From an uncultured Bacteroidota bacterium (GTDB lineage: Bacteria; Bacteroidota; Bacteroidia; JABEUT01), in contig CAVYDB010000020.1 of assembly GCA_963767125.1 (NCBI GenBank), forward strand, positions 80,548 to 144,547: a stretch of 64,000 bases of DNA, read 5' to 3'. Below are positions 28,264-38,379 of this stretch, piece by piece. Position numbers and translations under genes: made by a program. Under the pieces are notes generated by a model. It ran no database searches. It was not told where the DNA came from and saw nothing but the letters and a program-made list of their open reading frames with translations. How positions within the stretch are numbered: position 1 is the stretch's first letter; each line of letters opens with the position of its first letter.

Positions 28264-28284
28264 GGAACGGTTTCAAACCGTTCC
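28264..28284. terminator. Hairpin GGAACGG-TTTCAAA-CCGTTCC after pntB
   Basis: Perfect 7-bp stem 6 nt downstream of the pntB stop (28290-28292, minus strand). No clear U-tract. Confidence 0.4.
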
Positions 28285-28289
28285 TTATA

Positions 28290-29685
28290 TTACATCGTTT
28301 TCAGCTCCGCCACCAAATCGGTAACCACTTTTTTGGCATCGCCGAATAACATGCTTGTTTTAGGGTTGTAGAAAAGTTCATTGTCAATACCCGCATAACC
28401 CGCAGCCATACTACGTTTATTTACAATAATAGTTCTTTGCTCTTTCAACTTCTAATATAGGCATACCATAAATAGGGCTGGCAGGGTTGGTTTTAGCAGC
28501 AGGGTTTACCACGTCATTTGCACCTACAATAAATACTACATCGGTAGTATCAAATTCAGGGTTAATGTCATCCATTTCGCAAAGTTTGGAGTAATCCACA
28601 TTGCTTTCCGCCATCAATACATTCATATGTCCGGGCATACGTCCTGCAACCGGGTGAATAGCATATTTCACATCCACTCCTCTTTCTTCCAAAAGGGCTT
28701 CCAATTCATGCATTACATGCTGTGCCTGTGCAACAGCTAATCCATACCCGGGAACAATAACCACCTTTTTAGAATAGTTCATAAGTACAGCAGCATCTGC
28801 AACAGAAATATCTTTAATAGTTCCACCTGTAGTGCCGACACCACCTGCAGCGGCTGCACTACCTTCGCCAAATGCACCAAATACTACACTGAATAAAGTA
28901 CGGTTCATCCCTTTACACATGGCAATGGTTAAGAATAGTACCGGCAGAACCTACCAAAATACCACCTGTAAGCATTACTTTATTATGGTAAAGAAAACCT
29001 CCTGAAGCGGCTGCAAGACCGGTAAAAGAGTTTAAGAAGTGAAATTACTACCGGCATATCGGCACCACCGATTGGTAATACAAACATGATACCATAAAAT
29101 AAGGCAAGAGCCAACACAATGCAAGGCCACATAAAATCGGTAATGTTTGCCGAAGGTGATATAAGCTCCTGTTCCAATGTGATAAGAAGAATAAGTGCAT
29201 TGATAATATTGTAAGCAGGAATCCGTGGGTTTTTATTCAGGTTGCCATTCAATTTCATAAACGCAATCATACTACCGGAGAAAGAAATACTACCGATAAT
29301 AAGCCCTGCCATAATCATCATAATAGATTTCATATCGCCTGCATGAGCATGAAATTCCATAATAGAAATTAAGGCAGCGCAAGCTCCACCCATACCATTG
29401 AACAGGGAAACCAAGCTGGGGCATGGCAGTCATTTTTACTTTTTTTGCAACCATCCAGCCGATTATTCCGCCAATAGCAAAGGCTGCAAACAGCAATACA
29501 TAAATAATACTTGCGATTTGTCCGGTATGGAGAAAAATGGTACCCAAAATGGCGAGGGTCATACCGAAAGCCGCATAGGTATTACCCTTGCGGGCACTGT
29601 CGGGCTTGCCCATCATTTTTAGTCCTAAAATGAAGGTAACGGAGCCAATAAGATAAATAATGTCCAATAAAATAGTTTGATTCAT
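28290..29685 (-). pseudogene. pntB: NAD(P) transhydrogenase subunit beta, multiple frameshifts
   Basis: Fragments 29290..29685 (MNQTILLDIIYLIGSVTFILGLK...), 28983..29414 and 28417..28920 (…VVIVPGYGLAVAQAQH…HPVAGRMPGHMNVLMAE…), plus a tail MAAGYAGIDNELFYNPKTSMLFGDAKKVVTDLVAELKTM ending at 28290. Total 1396 nt, not a multiple of 3. Confidence 0.85.
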
Positions 29686-29700
29686 AACGCTGGTTCTTAA

Positions 29701-30019
29701 TTATTTTTTAACAGGTTTTTTCTTAAACATTTCAAGCATACGGTCGGTAACAACAAATCCACCGACCACATTAAGGGTTCCAAGAATTACCGCAATAAAC
29801 CCGAGGATAAGTTCCACTATATTATTCGGGTCAGCATTAAGCAATACTATCATTGCTCCAATAATTACGACTCCGTGAATGGCATTGGCACCCGACATAA
29901 GGGGAGTATGCAATACCGAAGGTACACTGACCGATTACTTCCACCCCGACAAATATCATCAGAATAATGATGTAAAACATTTGAATGTGTAAACTTATAA
30001 AGGGCAATATTTCTTGCAT
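29701..30019 (-). pseudogene. pntAB: NAD(P) transhydrogenase small membrane alpha subunit (PntAB), frameshifted
   Basis: MQEILPFISLHIQMFYIIILMIFVGVEVIG (29837..30019 frame) continues as HTPLMSGANAIHGVVIIGAM...VTDRMLEMFKKK (29701..29913 frame). 319 nt. Confidence 0.8.
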
Positions 30020-30061
30020 AGGAATTTAAGATTTATGATTTAAAATTTAAGATCTGATTTA

Positions 30062-31184
30062 TCACTTTACTGAAGGATGAACGGGCACTCCTTTATGTAC
30101 GATAAGCGAGCCTTTGGTTATTTCTTCTTCCATTTCCCATTTAAAGCCATCTTTAGTGGCAAGGTGATAAAGGAATGTAGAAATATTTTTAGCATAAAGG
30201 TCGCTGGCATTAAGAGGCAACATGGCAGGTAAATTAGATTCGCCTATAATTTTCACCCCATTCCCTTTAATAACTGTTTTATTCATTTCGCTGCCAACTA
30301 CGTTTCCTCCTTGCTCAACAGCCATATCTACAATTACCGAACCATTGCGCATGCTATTAACCATAGCTTCGGTAATTAATACAGGGGCTTTTCTGCCGGG
30401 AATAAGAGCAGTTGTAATTACTATATCAGCATCGGCTACATGCTTGCCTATAAGTTCCTGTTGTTTTTTCAAAAAGTCTTCGGAAACATTGGTTACATAG
30501 CCGCCTTCCATCTTAACTGTATCATCACCTTTCAGTTCAATAAACTTTCCACCAAGCGATTGTACCTGTTCTTTGGTTTCCGGGCGGATATCTGATACTT
30601 CTACAATAGCGCCTAAACGTTTTGCAGTTGCAATGGCTTGTAAGCCAGCAACACCTGCACCCATAATAACCACTTTAGCTGGCTTAATGGTTCCGGCTGC
30701 GGTCATCAACAAAGGGAATATTTTACCTAAAGCATCAGCTAGCAATAATTACAGATTTATATCCTGCAAGGTTGGCTTGTGAACTAAGAGCATCCATTTT
30801 TTGAGCCCTTGAAATACGGGGAATAGCATCTACTGAAAAAGCTGTAATGCCTGCTGAAGCACAGGCTTTCACTAAATCAGGGTGGGTGGCGGCATACATA
30901 AATGAAATAAGCACGGCTTCTTTTTTCATAGAAGCTATATCTTCAGCTAGAGGGAGGGTTTACCGCCAACACAATATCGGCATTTGAAAAAAGTTCTTTC
31001 CGGCTGCTTGCTACGGTTGCTCCTGCAGCCAGTATATACATCATCTTTAAAATAAGAGTTTTCCCCTGCTCCTTTTTCAATGGTAGCATGAAAATCCGTT
31101 TTTTATTAAATCTTTAATGGTGTCGGGGGTAACGGCTACCCTGTTTTCTTTTACTTTAGTTTCTTTCGGAATTGCTATTTTCAC
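30062..31184 (-). pseudogene. pntAA: NAD(P) transhydrogenase alpha subunit, dI domain (PntAA), multiple frameshifts
   Basis: GTG start at 31182-31184 (VKIAIPKETKVKENRVAVTPDTIKDLIK). At least 3 frame changes in the first 250 nt. Fragments 30735..30929 (…DAIPRISRAQKMDALSSQANLAGYK) and 30062..30745 (…VVIMGAGVAGLQAIATAKRLGAIVEVSDIR…). Confidence 0.85.
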
Positions 31185-31219
31185 TTTTTCAGCTATTATC
31201 TATAGTTTGTATATTGTTT

Positions 31220-33132
31220 TTATCTTCTTTTGGCTGCCTGTTGTTCTTTCATCATATCCTGTAATCGTTTTTGGAATTTCGATACTTTAACAGGTTTTGC
31301 CTTATTTTCCTGCATTTTTCGGTGTAATTCATCTTCATTGATAAATCTTCTGGCTAAAAAGTTTGCCCAAAAGTAATAAGATTTGCGAGAAAATAGTAAT
31401 AACTTAATCCGGCTGAATAGGTATTGAGGAACCCGAGAATAAACACAGGTGTAAGATACATCATCCATTTCATGGTTTTAGCCATTTGGTCATTGCCACC
31501 TGTTCCCATTAATTGCTGGTTTGCAGAAAGATATAGATATTGAGATAGAGTCATTAACAAAGCAAACAGACTAATATGGTCTCCATAAAAAGGAACGGAA
31601 AACCCGTGAAAATTATAAATGGAATCGTAGGTTGAAAGATCGGTTGCCCATAAAAAATGTTGTTGGCGAAGTTCAATAGATGCAGGAAAGAAACTGATAA
31701 GAGCATATAATATAGGAAGTTGCAGAAACATTGGCAAACATCCTGCCATCGGGTTTACCCCTGCTTTTTTATACAGAGCCATGGTAGCTTGTTGCTTTTT
31801 CATGGCATCTTCTGTCTTAGGGAATTTTTTACTTATTTCATCTATTTCAGGTTTTAATACCCTCATCTTGGCAGATGAAACATACGTGCGGTATGCAATA
31901 GGGAATAAGAATGCTTTAATAACAAGGGTAAGAATCAGAATTACTATGCCATAATTCAGGTTAAATCCACTCAGGAAATCAAAAATGGGGATTACAAGAA
32001 ACTTATTTACCCAGCCGAAAATACCCCACCCAAGGTTTATTTGTCCATTCAGGTCAAGGTCGTTTCCGGAAGAATACTTTTTAAGCAGGTGATAATTATT
32101 GGGACCAGAAATAGAAACTCATCCCAAAACTTTCATCGGCATTATGCCCATAAGGAATAGTAACTTCCGCAGAATAGTTTTTAACCAACTTCGGGTTCCT
32201 GTTATTTTCACATTTAACAACAGGGTTACTGAATTTGGTATTGGCAATTAAAATAGAAGAAAAGAATTGTTGCTTAAAAGAAACCCAGCTAATATCTGAT
32301 GATAACGTTTTTTTTTCATCTTTTACCGGGGAAAGATGGTCCACTTCATCTTCATAAAATTTGTAGTAAATAGTAGAAGTCCGTTGCTGGTTTTGTATGC
32401 TTGCTTCCTGTGAAGGAGTGTGCATACTCCAGTTAATTGCAATATCCTGGGCATTAGATGCAAGAATATCCTGCAGGCCGACTACCCGTATATCACACTG
32501 CATCAGGTAAGTACCGGGTTTTACCGAATAAATAAATTGAATATATTTAGCGGGGTCAGAGGTATTCAACTGCATAGTTATAGAGGAAGAATCCTTACTG
32601 GTAGCAACGAACTTTTAACCAGGCTAAAATATAATGAGTCAGTTGAAATAAATTTCGAATAGGCATTTAATATAAGTCCAAAGTGATTGGAATCCGGGGT
32701 GAATAACAATAAAGGTCCTCCGGCGCTGGTTTTAAAGTTTTTCAATTCAACGGATGCTATTTTCCCTCCTTTGGAACTTATAGTGGCCTTTAATAAATCA
32801 TTTTCAAGGGTATAGGTATTATCTGTTCCTTTTAAAGCAGGGTAAAAAATGCCGTTTTCAGATTGAACCTTATGAACAGCGGCTAAGGAATCATTAGCGT
32901 GACTTAGTGAATCAGGTAAAGCAGCAGTAGTAGCAGTATCTTTTTTTTCAGTTTTAGCAGTATTGGCTGCTGCTTTTGTTTTTTCTAACTGCTGGTGAAC
33001 CCTAACAATGGAATCTTGTACTGCTTTTTGCCTTGCTATCTCTTTTTCAGAGGGACTAGACCAGTACATCCATCCGAAAAGAATTAATCCAATGATAAAA
33101 AGACCTATGTATGTATTTCTGTCAGAGCCCAT
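31220..33132 (-). pseudogene. yidC: Membrane protein insertase YidC, multiple frameshifts
   Basis: N-terminus MGSDRNTYIGLFIIGLILFGW (32578..33132), periplasmic domain (32096..32575), conserved core …KAGVNPMAGCLPMFLQLPILYALISFF… (31354..31866), and basic tail …KVSKFQKRLQDMMKEQQAAKRR (31220..31468 frame). 1913 nt. Confidence 0.85.
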
Positions 33133-33245
33133 TAAGTAGAGTACCCCTTTTTAAGGAGGCGCAAAGATATTAAAGAGTAAGACATCTTAACTATGTTTTT
33201 GTTTTATGATTCTGTGAATATTATTGAATATGTAAAAATTTTCTT

Positions 33246-33253
33246 TATCTTTG
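33246..33253 (+). promoter_or_regulatory. -7 box TATCTTTG
   Basis: TAnnTTTG match 24 nt upstream of the ATG at 33277. Confidence 0.4.
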
Positions 33254-33276
33254 CCCCATTAAATAAAACCAATACC

Positions 33277-33657
33277 ATGAACAAATTAAAAGTAACTATT
33301 GCCGGGCTGCTGATAGCATGCCTGGGAATCGGGGTAATGAATGCACAGAACAGCACCACAACCACCCCTGCTAAAAAAACAGCACCTAAAGCTACACCTA
33401 CTACTACCGCCCCTGCCGGACAGCATTTGAAAAAGGACGGTACACCCGATATGCGCTATAAAGAAAATAAAACGGCAAAGCCAGGTACTGCCACCCCACC
33501 TGCCGGACAACACATGAAGAAAGACGGTACACCTGATATGAGGAATAAAGAAAATAAAACAGCTAAACCTGCAACCACTGCTCCTGCTTCCAAAAAAGGA
33601 ACAGCTCCGGTAAAAAAAGATGCCTCTAAAAAGACAACTGCAGGCGACGCCAAATAA
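33277..33657 (+). CDS. Small secreted basic protein with a tandem 29-aa repeat
   Basis: Start at MNKLKVTIAGLLIACLGIGVMNA (signal peptide); the track ORF starts at 33193. Repeats are PAGQHLKKDGTPDMRYKENKTAKPGTATP and PAGQHMKKDGTPDMRNKENKTAKPATTAP. Confidence 0.65.
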   Translation: MNKLKVTIAGLLIACLGIGVMNAQNSTTTTPAKKTAPKATPTTTAPAGQHLKKDGTPDMRYKENKTAKPGTATPPAGQHMKKDGTPDMRNKENKTAKPATTAPASKKGTAPVKKDASKKTTAGDAK

Positions 33658-33686
33658 ATGTAGTTTTATTTCGTGTAATTATTTTA

Positions 33687-33716
33687 AAAGCCTCTCAGAA
33701 ATTGAGGGGCTTTTTA
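33687..33716 (+). terminator. Rho-independent terminator
   Basis: GCCTCTC-AGAAATT-GAGGGGC stem-loop flanked by AAAA and TTTTTATTT. Confidence 0.65.
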
Positions 33717-33872
33717 TTTGATATGAATCAGTGGGGTTGTATATAGCTTTTTTTATATTTTTATTCATATATGTGTGTATTTTGATAGACTAAAATACCC
33801 CCCTGAAACTCAATAGGGACACAGCACTCCAGGAATAAGCTAATAATCAATCACTTGGATAGGCCAATTTAT

Positions 33873-33966
33873 GCCCTGCCCGACTGGCCAGCCCGAAAGA
33901 TTCCTGCCCGAAAGGTATGGTCAGGCGGGCATTCTGGCGGGTACCATCCGGTACGGACGGGCGTTC
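33873..33966 (+). repeat. GC-rich intergenic repeat (CCTGCCCG ... CGGACGGGCG family)
   Basis: A GC-rich island in an AT-rich spacer. Its ends CCTGCCCGAAAGG and CGGACGGGCGT recur in reverse orientation as a shortened copy at 41925-41953. Confidence 0.5.
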
Positions 33967-34016
33967 TATGCCGTTTCTTTCTCACCGGCTAAAATACAAC
34001 TTCTAAAATCTTAAAT

Positions 34017-34316
34017 TTACTCCACCTCATTCAGGTATGCCACAATACCCCCTTTCAGGTTATAGAGATTGGTATAGCCCATCCGTTGTTCCAGCATTTG
34101 TATAACGCTGGCAGAGCGCATTCCGGCTTTACAATGCACTACTACCTTTTTATCTTTTGAAATTTCATCGGCCCTTACCATCGTATCGCCCATAGGGATA
34201 TTAAGCCCTCCAATAGTGGCCTCTTCTACTTCCCAGGGTTCACGTACATCAATCAGTTGGAAATCATCTCCCGAAGCCATCATTTGTTTCAATTCTGTCG
34301 GGCTTACTTCTTTCAT
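34017..34316 (-). CDS. Rhodanese-like domain protein
   Basis: 99 aa. FQLIDVREPWE and active-site loop HCKAGMRSA. Confidence 0.85.
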   Translation of the reverse strand: MKEVSPTELKQMMASGDDFQLIDVREPWEVEEATIGGLNIPMGDTMVRADEISKDKKVVVHCKAGMRSASVIQMLEQRMGYTNLYNLKGGIVAYLNEVE

Positions 34317-34354
34317 GGATTTAGAAAACTTTACAGACTTTATAAACTTTCTTC

Positions 34355-35250
34355 TTAGTTATTGATAGCTTCCGCTCCGCCAACTATTTCTAATATTTCC
34401 TTGGTGATAGATGCCTGTCTTGCCTTATTATACGACAATTTAAGGCTTTTCAGCATTTCCTGGGCATTGTCGGTTGCTTTGTGCATGGCAGTCATACGGG
34501 CACCGTGTTCGCCTGCATAAGAGTCGAGCATAGAGCGATATACCCGCACTTTAAGAGCATAGGGTATCAGACTTTGGATAATCTCTTCTTTATTGGGTTC
34601 AAATATATAGTCAGGTTTCATGCCTTTAGTCACCGTTTGCTTAGCCGTGTCAGAAGCCTCAGCAGAAAATGGTAACAATTGCTCAACACTTAAAATTTGC
34701 GTAGCAGCATTTTTAAACTTGTTATACACTATTTCAACTCTATCTACTTGTCCGTCAGAATATAACTTTAATATTTCTCCGGCAAATTCAGCTACATTAT
34801 CATACGTAAGTTTATCCCAGAGTTCATTCCGGGAGGCAAGCATTTTAGAATTATTCTTTTTAAAATAATCGGCGCCTTTTTTACCAACACAAGCAAGGCT
34901 TACATTTCCTTTTCTTGCCTGTTCAGGATACTTTTCCCTGAATCAGCTGATTCACCGCTTTAATTACATTGGAGTTAAATCCTCCGCATAAGACCACGGT
35001 TGGAAGTAATAACAGCAATAACAACTTTTTCAGCCGGGCGGGTTTTGGCAAAGACACCGGCACTTGAACCTGCCGAAAGAATGAGGTTATCTAAGTATTT
35101 CTTTCAGTTTAGCTTCAAAAGGACGCATTTGAACAATGGCATCCTGGCCCTGCGCAACTTAGCTGCCGACACCATTTTCATGGCGCTGGTAATCTGTTGG
35201 GTAGAGATTACAGATGATATTCGTATGCGTACCTCTTTTAAATTTGGCAT
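34355..35250 (-). pseudogene. atpG: F-ATP synthase subunit gamma, multiple frameshifts
   Basis: ATG 35248-35250: [35 protein letters not shown], then frame changes. Pieces read [18 protein letters not shown] and VVIAVITSNRGL. The intact C-half is ORF 34355..34843 (…HGARMTAMHKATDNAQEMLKSLKLSYNKARQASITKEILEIVGGAEA). 896 nt. Confidence 0.85.
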
Positions 35251-35254
35251 ACTC

Positions 35255-36838
35255 TTATTTCTTATATTTTTTAGCTAAATCAGATGCAACTTTTTCAAGT
35301 GTAGCAACCACATCATCGGGTAGTTTACCTGCTTTCAATTCGGCTAATACATTTTTATGCTGTGCTTCTAATATCCCTAAATATTCTGTTTCAAATTCTT
35401 TTACTTTATCAAAGGAACATCCCTTAATAAGCCTTTAGTTCCGCAATAAATAATAGCAACTTGTTTTTCAACCGTCATCGGAGAATATTGGGCTTGTTTT
35501 AAGATTTCCACGTTACGTGAACCTTTATCAAGTACATATTTGGTAGCAGCATCAAGATCGGAACCGAATTTGGAGAAAGCTTCCAACTCACGGTATTGTG
35601 CCTGGTCAAGTTTCAAAGTACCGGCTACCTTTTTCATTGATTTAATCTGCGCATTACCACCCACACGCGATACCGAGATACCCACGTTAATAGCAGGGCG
35701 TACACCGGCGTTAAAGAGGTTGCTTTCCAAGAATATCTGTCCGTCGGTAATAGAAATAACGTTGGTAGGGATATATGCTGATACGTCACCTGCCTGTGTT
35801 TCAATAATAGGCAATGCTGTTAATGAACCACCGCCTTTTACCAAATGCTTTAATAGATGGAGGCAAGTCATTCATATTGCTTGCAACGCTCTGGTCAGCA
35901 TTAATTTTAGCAGCACGTTCTAATAAACGGGAGTGCAGATAAAATACATCACCCGGATATGCCTCACGTCCCGGAGGGCGGCGAATAAGAAGTGATACCT
36001 CACGGTAAGCTACAGCTTGTTTTGATAAATCATCATAAATAATCAAAGCAGGACTGCCTGTATCGCGGAAAAACTCGCCCATAGCAGCACCTGCAAAGTG
36101 GAGCAAAGAACTGCATAGGAGCAGGATCAGCAGCGCTGGCGCAAACAATAATAGTATATGCCATAGCGCCGTTTTCTTCCAGTGTACGTAATACGTTAGC
36201 AACGGTAGAGCTCTTTTGGCCGATGGCCACATAAATACAATATACAGGTTGTCCTTTTTCGTAAAATTCTTTTTGGTTGATGATGGTATCAATAGCAATA
36301 GCGGTTTTACCGGTTTGGCGGTCACCGATAATCAACTCACGTTGTCCGCGTCCGATTGGAATCATGGCATCAATAGGCTTTAATACCTGTTTGCAGTGGT
36401 TCGTTTACCGGCTGACGGTAAATTACACCCGGAGCTTTACGTTCCATAGGCATTTCATACAGTTTCGCCTGTAATAGGGCCTTTTCCGTCAATAGGATTG
36501 CCCAAGGCATCTACTACCCTGCCCAACAAACCTTCGCCTGCTTTAATGGAAGCAATTTTTCCGGTACGTTTTACGGTAGCACCTTCTTTAATATCTCCTG
36601 AAGGACCAAGTAATACAAGCCCTACGTTATCTTCTTCAAGGTTAAGGGCAATACCTTTTAATCCGTTTTCAAATTCTACAAGCTCTCCTGCCTGAACACT
36701 GTTCAATCCGAAAACACGGGCAATACCATCACCAATTTGCAGAACGGTTCCAATTTCTTCCAGTTCTGTTTCGGTTTTAAATCCTGATAATTGTTCGCGT
36801 AATATTGCAGATACTTCTGCCGGTTTTATTTCAGCCAT
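35255..36838 (-). pseudogene. atpA: F-ATP synthase subunit alpha, at least 5 single-base indels
   Basis: Pieces 36455..36838, 36033..36365 ([30 protein letters not shown]), 35801..36325 (…[29 protein letters not shown]), 35401..35871 ([36 protein letters not shown]) and a tail to the TAA at 35255-35257. Total 1584 nt. Confidence 0.9.
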
Positions 36839-36852
36839 GACTTTATTGATAA

Positions 36853-37409
36853 TTAATTAAGTATATACGATTGATTAAAGTTTTTATTCAGTTTTTTTAA
36901 TTGACTGAGAACACTCATATCTGCCTGGCGGTTTCCAACAGTCAATACAAATCCGCCAATGATTTTAGGGTCAATTTTTTCTTGCAATTCTATCTTCGAC
37001 TTTCAACATGTTGGTAAGAATATGGTAGTAAGTCTTTTGCGGGTAGCTATCATCTAATTTTACAGCCGATGTAATTACCACCGTAACAATCTTCATTTTA
37101 ATCTTATACTGGTCAATAAATTCGTGCAGCAATTTTTTCTAAATACGATTCTCTTTTGTTTTTGGTAAGAAGGGTTAAGAATTTAAAGGTAATATCTGTA
37201 TACATCATCCTTTAACAGAGCTTTTAGGGTACTTATTTTTTTGTCCGTCTTTATTAAAGGGCTTTGCAGCATAATTCTGAAATCGTTCACTTTCTGGCAA
37301 TATTTCAACAGCTTGTCATATCAGCATAAACCTCTTCCACTTTATCATTTTCGGTGGCAAGCTGAATCAGTGACTTGGCGTAACGGTATGCTATGGTTGA
37401 ATTAGCCAT
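36853..37409 (-). pseudogene. atpH: F-ATP synthase subunit delta, multiple frameshifts
   Basis: Starts MANSTIAYRYAKSLIQLATENDKVEEVYADM (ATG 37407-37409) and ends …DPKIIGGFVLTVGNRQADMSVLSQLKKLNKNF… (stop 36853-36855). The middle is broken, and no ORF of 60 aa or more is in the track. 557 nt. Confidence 0.75.
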
Positions 37410-37411
37410 TT

Positions 37412-37441
37412 GAGAGTTATGAGTTATGAGTTATAAGTTTT
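37412..37441. repeat. Tandem heptamer repeat (GAGTTAT)n in the atpF-atpH spacer
   Basis: GAGAGTTAT-GAGTTAT-GAGTTAT-AAGTTTT. Confidence 0.7.
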
Positions 37442-37464
37442 GCCATATTATCTGTTCGTTATCC

Positions 37465-37962
37465 CTAATTCAAATTAACTTCATCTAACAGGGTATTAAC
37501 CAATGCTTTTTGTTTTTCATCGGAAGATAGTTCAGTTTTGATAATTTTCTCTGCAATTTCAATGGATAGCTTGGCTACCTGGTTTTTCAGTTCGTCCATA
37601 GCAGCAGCTTTTTCACTTTGAATATTCTCCCTTGCATTTTGCATAATCTTATCCGCTTCTTTCTGGGCTCCGGCTTTCGCTTCTGCAATAATGCTTTCTT
37701 TAGTTTCTCTTGCTTCTTTTAACAGTTTATCTCTTTCATTGCGGGCTTCCATTAAAATTGCTTCGTTGCTGGCTTGCAAGGGCTGCCATTTCTTCTTTTG
37801 CTTTTTCAGCGGAATCAAGGGCATCCTGAATAGATTTTTCCCTGTCTTTTAAAGCTCCTAAGAATAGGTTTCCATGCCATTTTGCGCAATAAGAAGGAAC
37901 ACAATCAGAAAGGTGAGTGTCATCCAAAATATAAGTCCGATTGAAGGTAGTATAAGATCCAT
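37465..37962 (-). pseudogene. atpF: F-ATP synthase subunit b, two opposite frameshifts
   Basis: MDLILPSIGLIFWMTLTFLIVFLLIA (ATG 37960-37962), then WHGNLFLGALKDREKSIQDALDSAEKAKEEMAAL in the frame of ORF 37736..37927, then NEAILMEARNERDKLLKEA... in ORF 37465..37824. 498 nt. Confidence 0.85.
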
Positions 37963-37965
37963 TTT

Positions 37966-38000
37966 GAGTTATAAGTTATGAGTTATAAGTTATTGTTATT
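37966..38000. repeat. Tandem heptamer repeat (RAGTTAT)n in the atpE-atpF spacer
   Basis: GAGTTAT-AAGTTAT-GAGTTAT-AAGTTAT-TGTTATT. Confidence 0.7.
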
Positions 38001-38101
38001 ATCGTTTAATTAATTCATTTATTCGTTATTCTTAATTTTCAATCGTAATGAAACCCCGGAGACCAACCAACCGTTGAAGTCTCCGGAGTTCAAAATAGCC
38101 A

Positions 38102-38369
38102 TTACTTGATCAACAATACCAACAATCCGATTACCATACCGAAGAAGGAAGTTCCTTCAACGAAAGCGATGGCAAGAATCATGTTTGTACGTAAATCAGC
38201 CATAATTTCAGGTTGGCGAGCCATTGATTCCAGTCCGTCCGCTGCCAATTTGTCCGACACCGATACCGGCGCCGAGAGCAGCTAAGCCGGCGCCAACTGC
38301 GCCAAGACCATAACCAATACCAATATTTGATCCTGAAGATGCTACGTCTAATAACACTGATGATAACAT
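38102..38369 (-). pseudogene. atpE: F-ATP synthase subunit c, one frameshift
   Basis: MLSSVLLDVASSGSNIGIGYGLGAVGAGLAALGAGIGVGQIGS, then a shift. The other frame gives …LESMARQPEIMADLRTNMILAIAFVEGTSFFGMVIGLLVLLIK, with the stop at 38102-38104. 268 nt. Confidence 0.85.
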
Positions 38370-38379
38370 AATTGATAAT

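Noticed and set aside
37412-38000. CRISPR array hypothesis for the short tandem repeats
   Set aside because: The units are 7 nt with no spacers, the arrays are 30-35 nt long, and no cas genes are present.
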